The notes under the pieces are model-generated. The model was not told the DNA's origin and did no database searches. It saw only the letters and a list, made by a program, of their open reading frames with translations. A program made the translations under genes and the position numbers. A DNA stretch of 63,440 bases, filler included, from Choristocarpus tenellus KU-1152 (lineage: Eukaryota > Protista > Phaeophyceae), in assembly GCA_964200185.2 (NCBI GenBank). It is 9 parts of 9 records of this genome, joined end to end, with 100 filler letters (N's around TTAATTAATTAA, not from the genome) between each part and the next. Parts side by side here need not be neighbours in the genome. Positions count along the whole stretch, not along the records: positions 60,911 to 63,440 come from CAXNAD020027020.1; 8 more parts are not named here. One strand, given 5' to 3'. Shown in pieces: positions 63,299-63,440 of the stretch (within the stretch, counting starts at the first letter, position 1; each line of letters starts with the position of its first letter).

Positions 63299-63440
63299 GA
63301 GCCAAAGTATCTTAGAGGGTAGAGCCGCGTCCATTTGGGGGCCAAAATCCAATGTTGCGATTTTGATGTAATTTTCGCGATCGTGTTTGTTAGGAAGTGT
63401 CAATATCCTTGTCCGGACACACCTTTTCATGAAGTATACA
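63299..63440. mobile_element. MITE copy truncated by the window end
   Basis: GAGCCAAAGTATCTTAGAGGGTAGAGCCGCGTCCATTTG... Confidence 0.92.

Overview
Eukaryotic, intron-rich, repeat-dense DNA. It looks like a stramenopile, possibly of the brown-algal lineage (inference). The window is not one locus: nine contigs are joined by eight artificial 100-nt N44-TTAATTAATTAA-N44 linkers, so adjacency across linkers is not biological. Host genes are ATP10 (complete, 3 exons, minus strand), CCDC124/Lso2 (4 exons, 3' end cut off), an FN3-domain gene, unassigned exon sets and a decayed kinesin-3-like pseudogene. Mobile DNA includes Ty1/Copia and Ty3/Gypsy relics, a solo LTR with a 5-bp TSD, a non-LTR fragment, an intron-containing PIF/Harbinger transposase relic and a ~260-bp GAG...CTC MITE with mostly 4-bp TSDs (Sola2-like). 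The standout is at 16655-18028 (+): a clean three-exon, 250-codon gene resembling the N-terminal (WED/REC) half of a Fanzor2/IS607-TnpB protein. It has two canonical spliceosomal introns, stops just before the RuvC nuclease domain and has no visible transposon context. It is a candidate domesticated, nuclease-less Fanzor. All family assignments come from motif recognition by eye; no searches were run.
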